In this document: in pieces, positions 39,005 through 52,490 of the stretch
Layout: the number at the start of each line of letters is the position of its first letter
Numbering within the stretch: the first letter of the stretch is position 1
Assembly (NCBI GenBank): GCA_030390025.1
Contig: CM059427.1
Location: forward strand, 73,904,001-73,968,000
DNA: 64,000 bases
From: Squalus acanthias
Taxonomy: Eukaryota
Direction: 5' to 3'
Notes under the pieces: generated by a model
The model's database searches: none
Seen by the model: the letters and a program-made list of their open reading frames with translations, nothing else
What the model was told of the DNA's origin: nothing
Position numbers and translations under genes: made by a program

Positions 39005-40940
39005 TGTCAGGTCCGATGACCGAATACAAGCGAGAACCAGGCTGAATATAGAAAGTTCAGAGGGGAAGTGAAGAAAGAAAAGAAGGGCAAAGAGAGAGTA
39101 TGAGAATAGATTGGCAGCCAACATAAAAGGGAACCTAAAATTCTTCTATAGTCATATAAATAGTAAAACGGTAGTAAGAGGAGGGGTGGGGCCAATTAAG
39201 GACCAAAAAAGGAGACCTACACGTGAAGGCAGAGGGCATGACTGAGGTGTTAAATGAGTACTTTGCATCTGTCTTTAGCAAGGAAGATGCTGCCACAGTC
39301 ATAGCGAAAGGGGAGGTAGTTAAGATACTGAATGGGTTAAAAATTGATAGGAGGTACTAGAAAGGCTGGCCTTACTTAAAATAGATAAGTCACCAGGACC
39401 AGATGGGATGCATCCTAGGATGTTGAGGGAAGTAAGGGTGGAAATTGCCGAGGTACTGGCCATAATCTTCCAATCGTCCTTAGATACAGGGGTGGTGCCA
39501 GAGGACTGGAGAATTGCAAATGTTACACCCTTATTCAAAAAAGGGTGTAAAGATAAACCCAGCAACTACAGGCCAGTCAGTTTAATCTCGGTTGTGGGGG
39601 AAGCTTTTAGAAACGATAATCCGGGACAAAATTGTCACTTGGACAAGTGTGGATTAATTAAGGAAAGCCAGCACGAACGTGTTAAAGGCAAATCATCTTT
39701 AACTAACTTGATTGAGTTTTTTGATGAGGTAACAGAGATGGTTGATGAGGGCAGTGCAGTTGATGTGGTGTACATGGATTTGATAAAGTGCCACATAATA
39801 GGCTTACCAGCAAAGTTGAAGCCTATGGAATAAAAAGGACAATGGCAGCATGGATACAAAATTGGCTAAGTGACAGGAAACAGAGTAGTGGTGAACGGTT
39901 GTTTATCGGACTGGAGGAAGGTATACAGTGGTGTTCCCCATGGGGTCAGTACTAGGACCACTGCGTTTCTTCATATATATTAAATGACTTGGACTTGGGA
40001 GTACAGGGTACAATTTCAAAATTTGCAGATGACACAGAACTTGGAAGTATAGTAAACAGTGAGGAGGATAGTGACAGACTTCAAGAGGCCATAGACAGGC
40101 TGGTGAAATGGGCGGACACGTGGCAGATGAAATTTAACGCAGAAAAGTGCGAACTGATACATTTTGGTTGGAAGAACGAGGAGAGGCAATATAAACTAAA
40201 GGGTACAATTCTAAAGGGGGTGCATGAACAGAGAGACCTGGGGGTATGTGTGCACAAATCGTTGAAGGTGGCAGGGCAGGTTGAGAAAGTGGTTAATAAA
40301 GCATATGGGATCCTGCACTTCATAAACAGAGGCATAGGAGTACAAAAGCAAGGAAGCTATGATGAACCTTTATAAAACACTGGTCTAACCTCAACTGGAG
40401 TATGGTGTCTAATTCTGGGCACCGCACTTTAGGAAGGATGTGAAGGCCTTAGAGAGGGTGCAGAAAAGATTTACAAGAATGGTTCCAGGAATGAAGGACT
40501 TCAGTTACGTTGATAGACTGGAGAAGCTGGGGTTGTTCTCCTTGGAGCGGAGAAGATTGAGAGGAGATTTGATAGAGGTGTTCAAAATCATGAGGGATCT
40601 AGACAGAGTAGATAGAGAGAAACTGTTCCCATTGGCGGAAGGGTCGAGAACCAAAGGAAACAAATTCAAGGTGATTGGCAGAAGAACCAAAGGCAACATG
40701 AGGAAAACCTTTTTTTACGCAACGAGTGGTTAGGATCTGGAATGCACTGCCTGAAAGGGTGGTGGAGGCCGATTCAATCACGGCTTTCAAAAGGGAATTG
40801 GATAAGTACCTGAAGGAAAAACTTTAGCAGGGCTACAGGGAAAGGGCGGGGGGAGTGGGACTAGCTGAAGTGCTCTTGCAGAGAGCCAGCAAGGGCTTGA
40901 CGGGCCAAAAGGCCTTCTGTGCTGTAACCATTCTATGATT
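39005..40940 (+). mobile_element. 5'-truncated CR1 LINE with degraded ORF2
   Basis: PEDWRIANVTPLFKKG, NYRPVSL, KFADDT and LERRRLRGDLIEVFKI motifs; frameshifts. Confidence 0.94.
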
Positions 40941-42317
40941 TGAGAGGAAAAAGAGAGGAGCGGGGCGAGAGAGAGAGAGAGACGTTAAATCTTTAAAATA
41001 CCAAGCTACGTGTACCATTCAGAGAGATAAATAACAAAAGCATAAAATTCAGTAAAGGAAATGCCATGAATGTTTGTGCTCCCACATAGCAGAAGCCAAT
41101 TGTTTTATTTTTTTTAAAATGGAACAGGAAGATTTAATGTGTGTTGTCTTTGGGGTTAAGGATTATTCTCCTTCGATCAGGAAGGTTACAGGGCGATTGA
41201 ATAGAGGTGTTCAAAATTATGAAGGGTATTGACAGAGGAAAAACTGTTTCCCACGGTAGGAGGGTCAGTAACCAGAGGGCACAGATGCAAGATAAAATCA
41301 GCAAAAAAAAAAGTGGAGGAGGAGAATTATTAATTCTTTTAATAAATGCAGAGTTGTTCTGGAATACACGGTCTGAAAGGGCGGTGGAAGCAGATTCAAT
41401 AGTAACTTACAAAAGGGAATTGGATAAATAGTTGCAAAGGAAAAATTTACAGGGCTATGGGAGGGGAAAAAAAAGAGCAGGGGAGTGAGATTAAATTTCA
41501 AAGAGCTGGCACAGACACGATGGGCCGAATAGCCTCCTTCGGTCCTGTATCATTGTACGATTCTAATATAAAATGGCTTATCTGAAGCTCAAGTGCAAAA
41601 CTCAGACCGGGCAATGACCGTAGCAGTACCAAGTTAAAATTGGATACCAGAAAAAAGTGGGTTGTATTTTCGATTTGGTTCCCCTCCAAGTCACACACCT
41701 ATCCTGATTTAGAAGTATATCGCCGATCCTTCAATGTCGCTGGGTCAAAATCCTGGAACTCCCTCCCTAACAGCACTGTGGGAGTACCTTCACCACACGG
41801 ACTGCAGCGGTCCAAGGCGGCGGCTCACCACCACCTTCTCAAGGGCAACTAGGGATGGGCAATAAATGCTGGGCTTGCCAGCGACACCCACATCCCATAA
41901 ACGAATAAAAAATAGATTTTTTGAAATGTATGTATTGAAGGAAATGTTGCCAGTGGTAATCATGAATACTGTAGAGATGCACGGGCAAGGTCAGGTTGTG
42001 TTTGCATGTTGATTTATTCATTTTAAATATATAAATGAGCTACAGCTGCACCAATGTGTGAGGCAATGCAAGGTGCCAACACAGCCCGCAGCACTGTGAG
42101 GTAGGGCAACAAAATGGCAGCACCCACTGCAGATGTGGCCAACATATGCTCCAGATTTTACAACGGAGCTGCTTTATAAACTCATGAGACACTTGGGTCA
42201 CACTTTAAGAACTAGGAGCAGGAGGAGCAGGGCATTCGGCCCCTCGAGCCTGCTCGGCCAGTCAAGATCATGGCTGATCTTAGACCTCGACTGCACCTTC
42301 CCGCCCTATCCCCATAT

Positions 42318-42493
42318 CAATGTTCCTCTAAGCTGCGCGGCCACGCGGCGATCTGCAGGTCCCGTGCAGGCCGTTAAATGCCGTTGTAGTAGGGGGGGGG
42401 GGGGGAAAACACGCGCGTTCGCGGTAATTTGAATGGGCTGCGGAGCCCCTTAAAAGGGGCCGCGCACTCAGAAACAAACTAGCGGGAACATTG
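42318..42493. mobile_element. hAT-like MITE inserted in a CR1 3' fragment (about 42205-42740, minus strand)
   Basis: TIRs caatgttcc ... ggaacattg; imperfect 8-bp TSD ccccatat/ctgcatat. Confidence 0.75.
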
Positions 42494-43555
42494 CTGCATA
42501 TCCCTCGATTCCCTTAATCTATCGATCTCGGTCTTGAATATACTCAATGACTGAACATCCACAGCCCTCTAGGGTAGAGAATTCCAAAGATTCACCACCC
42601 TCAGTGAAGAAATTTCTCATCTCATTCCTAAATGGCCGACCCCTTATTCTGAGACCATGACCCCTGGTTCTAAACTCCCCAGCCAGGGGAAACAACGTCT
42701 CAGCATCTACTCCGTCAAGCCCTGTAAGAATTTTATGTATCTGAGAACTTTGCAGGATACAACCCAAGGGAGAGAGAATTCCTTTAGATCATTACTATAG
42801 GGACAATGCAACAGCTGAACGTGTATCCAATTAATTTTACAGGGCGGTCTAGGAGACTACCTTGTAGCCACAGGAGCCACCGAAACCCACCGTTGCCAAA
42901 CTAAAGAGAGAACCCTACAGCAGCACCCGTGTCATGGAGAGTTTGGGCATGTGACCATACTGTTCAGCCTCTTGAATCATTAGGAGCATAGGAACAGGAG
43001 GAGGCCATTTAGCCCCTCCAGCTGGGGAACCTAGAACTGGGGGGGGTGGGAGAGAGGTCACAGTCTCAGAAGATGATGTTGGCCATTTAGGACCGAGATG
43101 AGGAGAAATTTCTTCACTCAGAGGGTGGTGAATCTTTGGAATTCTCTACCCCAGAGGGCTGTGGATGCTCAGTCGTTGAGTATATTCAAGACAAATCGAT
43201 AGATTTTTGGATACTGAAGGAATCGAGGGATATGGGGATAGTGCGGGAAAGTGGCGATGAGGTAGACGATCAGCCATGATCTTATTGAACGGTGGAGCAG
43301 GCTCAAAGCGCCGAATGGCCTACTCCTGCTCCCATTTCTAGTTATGTTCTTATGAGCTTGTTCCGCCATTCAAAAAGATCATGGCTGATCTGTGACCTGA
43401 CTCCATATACTCCCCCTTTGCCCCATTTCCCTCAATACCTTTGGATTCCTACACAGACAGCTGCTTCTTCCTTGCATCTTTTTTTTAATAAAAACAATAG
43501 CTGCAATGTCGGTGTTGTGTTTCAGAACCGTACTCAGAGTTTTTAAACGCCCTAC

Positions 43556-43610
43556 CTTTTACTGCAGTCAGATACGTCCGTAGATCTTTCTGGAGCTTAG
43601 TTCCTTCAGT
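43556..43610 (-). CDS. BIN1: BIN1 exon 3 equivalent: TEGTKLQKDLRTYLTAVK(A)
   Basis: ccgcag acceptor, gtaggg donor, 55 nt, phase 0-1; in frame with both neighbours. Confidence 0.95.
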
Positions 43611-43677
43611 CTGCGGCGGAAGGGAAGAGTTACTTCATTCATTTGTACAAGTCAAGTGTAGGACATTTACACACATT

Positions 43678-44449
43678 GGGCCAGAAATTCGGGTCGGAGG
43701 CTTCCCGCGGGTGCAAGCCCCCGACCTTCACTTACCTAGCGCGCCTGCCGTTGTGCTGTGGGGCCCGCGAGGGATTCCGGTCCTGGGCCTCCTGCAGCTG
43801 CCGGTGTGCAGTGCTCGCGTATCCCAGGGGCGCAGTTAGTTCGAAGCGTTCCCTGGGATCACGTGGGCCATGGAGAGCCAATCGGAGCAGGGAATCTCCA
43901 TTCATAGATTTGACAGGAAGATCTGTCAAATCTATGAATAGAGATCACCCCCCAAAACCTAACTAAAGCTTCAAATAATTTTTTTTTTTTTTTAAAAATC
44001 ACATTTTTAAAATAACTAGAAATTACATAAATTAACTATTTTAAACAAAAAATTTAAATTTTTGAAAAAAATTATAGTTTTTAACAGGGCTAAAAATAAA
44101 CTTACCTTTCTTTAAAGTATTTAAAAAAGATAAGCTTGTGGAAAAAATGTTTAAATTTCACTTAATTCACCACTTACCTTGTTAAAAGCAGGCCTTGCGC
44201 CTGCTTTCCTCCCCCCCCCCCCCCCCGCGCAGCTGCCAGGGACTTACCCTCACTTCAAAACCTGTGAAAAAAACACAAGTTCGCTGCGTGCGCGCTGCAT
44301 CGCCGGCGCACGCGTTTGACCTCCGAACCCCTTCCTTCAAGGGAACGGAAGTTCCGGTTTCCAGCGCATGCGCGAAACCGGCACGTTCGTTGGGTCTACG
44401 GGTGAGTACACAGCGCGTACTCACCTGTGGAGACCCGAATTTCTGGCCC
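43678..44449. mobile_element. 772-bp MITE, PIF/Harbinger-like termini
   Basis: Perfect 18-bp TIR GGGCCAGAAATTCGGGTC (43678-43695 / 44432-44449) flanked by ATT/AAT; internal 17-bp perfect hairpin at 43900-43939; AT-rich core. Confidence 0.8.
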
Positions 44450-44491
44450 AATTGTAACTCAAACATTACACAGTAAAACTGCACAATATTA

Positions 44492-46400
44492 ATGGTGGGA
44501 AATATGGAGATGGCAAAAACACTGAATGAATATCTTGTATCAGTCTTTACAGTAGAGGACACTAAGAATATCCCAACACTGGACAAACAGGGGGCTATAG
44601 GGGGAGAGGAGCTAAACACGATCAAAATCACTAAGGAAGTGGTACTCGGTAAAATAATGGGACTCAAGGCGGATAAATCACCTGGACCTGATGGCTTACA
44701 TCCTAGAGTCTTGAAGGAAGTGGCGGTAGGGATTGTAGATGCATTGGTAATAATTTTTCAAAACTCCCTGGATTCCGCTAAGGTCCCGGCAGACTGGAAA
44801 ACTGCTAATGTAACACCCTTATTTAAAAAGGGCAGTAGACAGAAGGCTGGTAACTATAGACCGGTTAGCCTAACATCTGTGGTAGGTAAAATTTTGGAGT
44901 CCATTATTAAGGAAACAGTAACAGGACATTTGGATAATCATAATTTAATAGGACAAAGTCAGCATGGTTTTACGAAGGGGAAGTCATGTTTGACAAATTT
45001 GCTGGAGTTCTTTGAGGAAGTAACATATAGAGTGGATAAAGGGGAACCAGTGGACGTAGTGTATTTAGACTTCCAAAAGGCATTTGACAAGGTGCCACAC
45101 AAAAGATTATTGCTTAAGGTAAAAAATCACGGGATTGGGGGTAATATTCTGGCATGGATAGAGGATTGGCTATCTAACAGAAAGCAAAGAGTTGGGATAA
45201 ATGGTTCATTCTCAGACTGGCAATCAGTAACTAGTGGTGTTCCACAGGGGTCAGTGCTGGGTCCCCAACTCTTTACAATCTATATAAACGATTTGGAGGA
45301 AGGGACCAAGTGTAACATATCAAAATTTGCAGATGATACTAAGATGGGAGGGAAAGTAGTGAGTGAGGAGGACATAAAAAACCTGCAAGGGGACATAGAC
45401 AGGCTAAGTAAGTGGGCAGAGATTTGGCAGATGGAATACAACACTGGAAAGTGTGAGGTGATGCACTTTGGCAGGAAAAATCCTAGAGCAATTTATTATC
45501 TTAATGGCAAGAAACTGGAGAGTACTGAAGTGCAAAGGGATCTGGGGGTCCTGGTGCACGAAACTCAAAAGGTTAGTATGCAGGTGCAGCAAGTGATTAG
45601 AAGGCAAATGGAATGTTGGCTTTCATTGCTAGGGGGATAGAATATAAAAATAGGGAGGTATTGCTTCAGTTGTACAAGGTATTGGTGAGACCGCACCTGG
45701 AATACTGCATACAGTTGTGGTGTCCTTACTTAAGGAAAGACATCCTTGCTCTCGAGGCAGTGCAAAAAAGGTTCACTCGGTTAATCCCGGGGATGAGGGG
45801 GTGGTCATATGAGGAGAGGTTGGGTAGATTGGGACTCTACTCATTGGAGTTCAGAAGAATGAGAGGAGATCTTATTGAAACATATAAGATTGTGAAGGGG
45901 TTGGATCGGGTGGATGCGGGGAGGATGTTCCCGATGACGGGTGAGACTAGAACTAGGGGACATAGTCTTAGAATAAGGGGCTGCTCTTTCAAAACTGAGA
46001 TGAGGAGGAACTACTTCACTCAGGAGGGTGGTAGGTCCATGGAATATGCTGCCACAAAAAGCTGTAGAAGCTACATCATTAAATAAATTTAAAACAGAAA
46101 TAGACAGTTTCCTAGAAGTAAAGGGCATTAAGGGTTACGGGGAGCGGGCAGGAATTTGGACATGAGTCTAGGTTCGGATCGGTCATGGCCCTGTGGGTAG
46201 TGGAGCGGGCCCAGGGACCGTGTAGCCTGATTCTGCTCCTATTTCGTGTGTGCAATTCTGTTAGATGCAGGAGATGGTTCTGTGATAGATAGTAGATTGG
46301 CAGTTAGGATCAGATCAGCCATGATCTTATTGAATGGCGGAGCAGGCTCGAGGGGCCGATTGGCCTACTCCTGCTCCTATTTCTTATGTTCTTATGTTCT
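44492..46400 (+). mobile_element. Young 5'-truncated CR1 LINE: RT domain uninterrupted for 382 aa, then frameshifts
   Basis: KSPGPDG, NYRPVSLTS, DFQKAFDKV, GVPQGSVLGP, FADDT; ttcttatgttcttatgttct tail. Confidence 0.96.
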
Positions 46401-46814
46401 TAAGTTGGTGACACGACTTCAATTTACAATTTCAAGAGTCCAACGTACAACCAATAAAATCTTTTCATTTGCAGCGCCCACCCCCTGAAGCTTATGGGCT
46501 TCTTGCAATTCCCAGAGTCTGCTGTAAGGGTCGTCTGGCCCTACTTACATTACTGTACATGATGCAAGTAATTTATGCTCAACACAAAAAAACCCTGCTC
46601 ACAAAAGCAATGCTTGCTCTCCTCCGATTCTGGCCTTGCACATCCAATTCTCATCACTCCACCACTGGTGGCCGTGCCTTCAGCTGTCCAGACCTTAAGC
46701 TCTGGAATTCCCTCCCTAAACCTCTCCGCCTCGCTCTCTCCTCTCCTCCTTCAAGACTCTCCTTAAAACCTGCCTCTTTGACCAAGCTTTGTGACCTGCC
46801 CCAACATCGCCTTA

Positions 46815-47013
46815 CAAAAGCAAAATACAGCGGATGCTGGAAATCTGAAATAAAAACAGAAAACGGTCAGAAACGCTTAGGTCAGGCAGCATCTGTGGAG
46901 AGAGAAACGGAGTTAACGTTTCAGTTCTGACGAAAGGTCATCGACCTGAAACGTTAACTCGGTTTCTCTCCGCAGATGCTGCCTGACCTGCTGTGCATTT
47001 TCGGTTTTTATTT
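46815..47013. mobile_element. Inverted Penelope-like ends inserted in an L2 3' fragment (about 46610-47125)
   Basis: Fold-back structure; 14-bp TSD ccaacatcgcctta/ccaatatctcctta (12 of 14 identical). Confidence 0.8.
46922..46959 (+). ncRNA. Minimal type I hammerhead ribozyme motif of a Penelope-like element
   Basis: CAGTT-CTGACGA-A-AGGTC-ATC-GACCT-GAAAC-GTT-AACT. Confidence 0.7.
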
Positions 47014-48459
47014 CCAATATCTCCTTATGTGGCTCAGTGTCAAATTTTGTTCGCTAACTCTCCTGTGCAGTGCCTTGGGACGTTTTACTGCGTTAAAGGC
47101 ACTATATAAAATGCGAGTCTTTCTTTAATTGAATGGTGGAACAGGCTAGCAGGGCTGAATGGCCTGCTCCTGTTCCTATGTGCCTATGAAACAGAACGTG
47201 AGGCGGTTGACCTAGTCTTGGAGTTAAGTGTCTGCAGCTACCAAGTAGACCCACAAATCTGTCAATACAGCACAGAAGGAGGCGGCCATTCTGCCCATCG
47301 TGCTGGTGCTGGCTCCAATTAGCCCCACTACACCCCTCCTCTTTCCCCATAGCCCTGCAGTAGTCGCAGATCACGGACACCACTAACTGCAACAAGTAGG
47401 ACTACATCGTGTCAAAGTTGTGTGTGTGGTGAAACCCCCTTTGTTAATTCACTGACCAGCATGGTCTGTGTGTAGTAGCAGTAACAGAGGTGGGGAGCTA
47501 ACCATTCTGTACAGGCAACAGAACGGGAAACACTGGATGAATCATCAGTTCCACTATCGTCAATCTGCTCCGTGCAGTATCAAGCTCTGGAATTCCTAAA
47601 CATGTTGCCCCAACACCTACACAAATACTCACAATGACTTACTCAGAGCAGGAAGTTAGAAATGCTGTGTGGTTTTAAACCAAATGATGCTGTCAAAAAC
47701 AAAACAAGAGACTCCCCTTTCACATCTCATTCTGTGCAGCACTGTCTTAAGCCCGACTACCAACTTCCTAGAACTTAACTTAAGAAATAGGAACAGGAGT
47801 AGGCCATTTGGCCCCTCGAGCCTGCTCCGCCATTCAATAAGATCATGGCTGATCTTCTAACTCATCGCCACTTTCCTGCACTATCCCCATATCCCTTGAT
47901 CCCCTGAATATTCAAAAATCTATCGATCTCTGTCTTGAATATACTCAATGACTGAGCCTCCACAGCCCTCTGGGGTAGAGAATCCCAAAGATTCACCACC
48001 CTCTGAGTGAAGAAATTTCTCCTCATCTCAGTCCTAAATGGCCGACCCCCTTATTCTGAGACTGTGACCCCTGGTTCTAGACTCCCCAGCCAGAGGAACC
48101 ATCCTCCCTGCATCTACCCTGTCAAGCCCTGTAAGAATTTTGTATGTTTAAGTCTAAACAATACAACTCTATTTATACTGAACTGAGTGGAACAAAAGTA
48201 GGTTGGGGTGTGGACCCCACTATAAAGAAATAATGCGGGAGGGGAAGAGAAGAGAGAGAGAAGAGAAAAAAGAGAGGGGGGAAAATTTCAAAACCAAGAT
48301 CGATAGGCAAGGGTATTAAGGGTTACGGAATCAAGGCGGGTAGATGGAGTTAAGATACAGATCAGCCATGATCTCATTGAATGATGGAACAGGCTCGAGG
48401 GGCTGAATGACCTACTCCTGTTCCTATGTAACAGAGGATTAGGTGGTTCGACCTAGTCT

Positions 48460-48850
48460 TGAAGCGGACACTCCAGTGCAGTGCTGAGGGAGTGCCGCAC
48501 TGTTGGAGGTACCTTCTTTGGGATAAGGCTTTAAACCGAGGCCCCCATCTGCCCTCTCAGGTGGACACAAAATATCCCACGACACTATTCAAAGAGAAGA
48601 GCAGGGGAGTTGTCCCCGGTGTCCAGGCCAACATTTATCCCTCAACCAACATCACTGAAACAGATTATCCGATTGCTGTTTGCAGAAGCTTGCTGTGCGC
48701 AAATTGACTGCTGAGTTTCCTATTACAACAGTGACTACACCGCAAAAGTACTTCATTGGTTGTAAAGCGCTTGGGGGTGGGGGGGGGGGGGGGGGGGGGG
48801 GGATGGGATGTCGAGGTCATTAAAGGCATCAGTTAAATGCCAGTTCTTTC
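48460..48850 (+). mobile_element. SacSINE-like SINE ending about 50 nt from the exon 2 donor
   Basis: Family body sequence; poly-G run in the tail. Confidence 0.8.
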
Positions 48851-48902
48851 TATCCAGCTCCATCAACAGTGGCCCCACATCTTTAATTGACGCGCCTCTT
48901 AC

Positions 48903-48983
48903 CAGCTGTCTGTTGAAGTTCTGCACACACTGCTCAAACTGTTCATCTTTCGTCTCATCGGCCTTGCCCAGTTTCTGGAGGAC
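48903..48983 (-). CDS. BIN1: BIN1 coding exon (human exon 2 equivalent), N-BAR domain: [27 protein letters not shown]
   Basis: tttgcag acceptor, gtaaga donor, 81 nt, phase 0-0; the peptide is the conserved amphiphysin/BIN1 N-BAR start. Confidence 0.96.
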
Positions 48984-50324
48984 CTGCAAATTTAAGGAGA
49001 GGATAATGAAAAAGACAGGTCTGACAAACTCGCCAGCGCAATCACGGGCTTGTCTGTATAGGATAGCATCCACCTTTGGACAAGGTGAGGGACGTAGTCA
49101 ACACCAACAGAGCAACAGGCCAGAATTGGCGCAATGTTACATCAGTGTGTAGGCCGGTCAGTCAACACTTGGATGGAAGCTGCGGCTCCAAGCCAGCAGT
49201 GTGAACACATTTAGAAGGAAGAGTTATGGCGAGCAGGACATTAGACTAGGGTGCAGACACTCACTCACCAACCTTGGCGATTAAGCAACATAACATAATT
49301 TGAGAGCGAGTAACCAGTGAACACACAGGTAGATATTAGGAAAAACTTTTTTTACGCAACGAGTGGTTAAGGTTTGGAATGCGCTGCCCGATAAGGGAGG
49401 TGGATACAGATTCAATAGTAGCCTTCAAAACGGAATTGGATAAATACTTGAAGGAGAAAAAAATTGCAGGGATATGGGGAAAGAGCAGGGAAGTGTGGAA
49501 CTAACCGATTGCTCTTCGAAAGAGCTGGCGCAGACTCGATGGGCCGAATGGCCTCCTTCTGTGCTGTGCTATTCTATGATATCTGAAACTTGGAGGGAGA
49601 AGGATGGGGGAATGGAGTGATTTAGTTTACATTGAACTTCGGAGTAACCCTGGGAAGGACCCGTAACCAGTCTTCTACCCAACCTTACAGAAGATGCAGG
49701 GCCAATCAGAGAAAAGAAGATCCACCCCCCCCCATTATAATTGACTCTCCAATGATCACTTGGTTAAGGGCAGTGCCAGGGTGGAACTGAGCTGAACAGG
49801 GCGAGGAGGTCCCCAGGGCTCATTCTTGGTCAGACACTGAATTCGCTGATCAACTTATCAGCAGTAAGGATCCTGCAGCCACGTCTAGAGCCTGGGCTGG
49901 TTCAGAGGGTGGGGGCAGAAAGAGAGTTTCGTGCACACGTTTACATTTAGATTCTACTTCATCACCACACACTGGAGACTCGGCTCCCCTTTTAAGCCTC
50001 GCTAACCCAAAACATCAACCCCTGTGGAACCATGGGCATCAGGATAGAGAGAGAAATGTTAAGGTAGCCTGGACCATGTTGCTACAGACTGGGTAAAGGG
50101 TTATGGAATGCAGATGCCTGTGGATTAGTGCAGCTCGAAACAAACAGGAGTGAGGGGGGGGGGGGCACGGCAAGAGAGGAAAGGCACTATATAAATGCAA
50201 ATCTTTCTTTTATTTGTTGAGTACCCCTCTCCTGCTGTCAAGTGGGCACACGTAAATGGTGAATAAGGAGTGTCAGTCTCAACTATGATATCCCTTCCTC
50301 CATGGTCAACTAGCCCATCAACGT

Positions 50325-50632
50325 CAGATAATCTGTTTTTGTTACGTTGATTGAGGGCATTGATTGAGGGATAAATACTGGCCAGAACACCGGGGAGAAC
50401 TCCCCTACTCTTCTTCGAAATAGTGCCATGGGATCTTTTACGTCCACCTGAGAGAGCAGACACTCAGTTTAACATCTCATCTGAAAGACGGCACCTCCAA
50501 CAGTGCAGCATTCCCATAGTAATGCACTGGAGTGTCAGCCTAGCTTTATGTGCTCAGGGCCCTGGAGTGGGACTTGAACCCACAACCTTCTGACTCAGAG
50601 GCGAGGGTGCTGCCCACTGAGCCACAGCGGAC
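50325..50632 (-). mobile_element. SacSINE-like SINE
   Basis: Reverse complement of the family head and body. Confidence 0.8.
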
Positions 50633-51589
50633 ACTGCTAACACTGGCGGTCTAGGCTTACAGATGACGAATGGCCATTGGAAGTGATACTGGAGAGCCGA
50701 CTACGTTTGTAGATCTGTACCCAGCACAAGGCAGCATCTCAGAGAGAGAGGAAAGTAACAACTTCAAGCATACAACCTGTAGGAAGCAGATCTGAAAAAA
50801 CATAAGTCATACTGTACAGCATTTGAGGATATAGAGAAAGTGCAACAAAAAAATACCAGAACTGAGGTACTTCTGGAAAAACTGAACAGGTTGAGGCTGT
50901 TTTCTCTGGAAAAAAAGAGAAGGCTAAGGGTGACCTTATAGAGGTCGTTAAGATTATGGAAGGGTTTGATAGGGTAGATGTAGAGATAGTCACTAATAAA
51001 TCCAATCGAGAATTCAAGAGGAACTTCTTCACCCAGAGAGTGGTTAGAATGTGGAACTCGCTACCACAAGGAGTGGTTGAGGCAAATAGCATCGATGCAT
51101 TTAAGCAGAAGCTAGATAAACACATGAGGGAGAAAGAAATAGAAGGATATGCTGATAGGGTGAGATGAAGAGGCTCGTGTGGAGCATAAGCACCGGTACA
51201 GGCCTGTTGGGCCGAATGGCCCGTTTCTGTGCTGTAAATTCTATGTAATGTAAAGCTGTACATCCTCTAAATCAGAAATGGAATCATCAAGCCGCACACT
51301 GTAGAAATGACTGTGTTCAGCAGATCTGGAATTCTAGGAATTCCCTCCCTAAACCTCTCCGCCTTTCTTGCTTCCTTTAAGACTCTCCTTAAAACCTACC
51401 TCTTTGACCAAACATTTGGTCACCTGGCCCAATATCTCCTCACATGGCTCAGTGTCAAATTTTATTTGATAACGTTCCTGTCAAGCGCCTTGGGATGTTT
51501 TACTACGTTAAAAGGTGCTATATAATTTCAAGTAGTTTTTGTTGAAATAAATCTGACGCAACCAGAGTATTAGCACCATAAGGAATGGT

Positions 51590-52490
51590 ACAAAAACTGG
51601 CCGTGTGGTTGATAATGAAGAAGAAAGCTGCAGACTGCAGGAAGATATCAATGGACTGGTCAGGTGGGCAGAACAGTGGCAAATGGAATTCAATCTGGAG
51701 AAGTGTGAGGTAATGCATTTGGGAAGGGCTAACAAGGCTATATAACAAGGCAATACACTATAAATGGTAGGACACTGAGAAGTGCAGAAGATCAGAGGGA
51801 CCTTGGAGTGCATGTCCACAGGTCCCTGAAGGTAGCAGGACAGGTAGATAAGGTGGTTAAGAAGGCATACGGGATACTTGCCTTAATTAGCCGAGGCACA
51901 GAATGTAAGAGGTTAGGGAGGTTCTGCTTGAACTGTATAAAACACTAGTTAGTCCGCAGCTAGAATACTGCGTGCAGTTCTGGTCACATTACAGGAAGGA
52001 TGTGATTCCACTAGAGGGGGTGCAGAGGAGATTTACGAGGATGTTGCCTGGGCTGGGGAATTTTAGCTATGGAGGAAAGATTGGAGAGGCTGGAATTGTT
52101 TTCTTTGGAACAGAAGAGGCTGAGGGGAGACCTAATTGAGGTGTATAAAATTATGAGGGGCCGAGATAGAGTGGATCAGAAGGACCTATTTCCCTTGGCA
52201 GAAGGGTCAATAACCAGGGGGCAGAGATTTAAAGTAATTGGTCGAAAGTTTAGAGGGGTTTTGAAGAGAAATGTTTTCACCCAGAGGGTGGTGGGGGTCT
52301 GGAACTCATTGCCTGAAAGGGTGATCGAGGCAGAGACACTCATCACATTTAAAAAGTACTTGGATATGCACTTGAAGTGCTGTAACCTACAAGAAAGTGG
52401 GATTAGGGTGGATAGCTCTTTGTCGGCCGGCCGGCACAGACAAGACGGGCCGAATGGCCTCCTTCTGTGCTGTAAATTTCGATGATTCTA
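51590..52490 (+). mobile_element. CR1 LINE 3' portion
   Basis: LEQKRLRGDLIEVYKI and FTQRVVGVWNSLP motifs. Confidence 0.9.

Noticed and set aside
44492-45640. 382-aa ORF as a host gene or a functional reverse transcriptase system
   Set aside because: It is a 5'-truncated CR1 ORF2 lacking the endonuclease, with downstream frameshifts.
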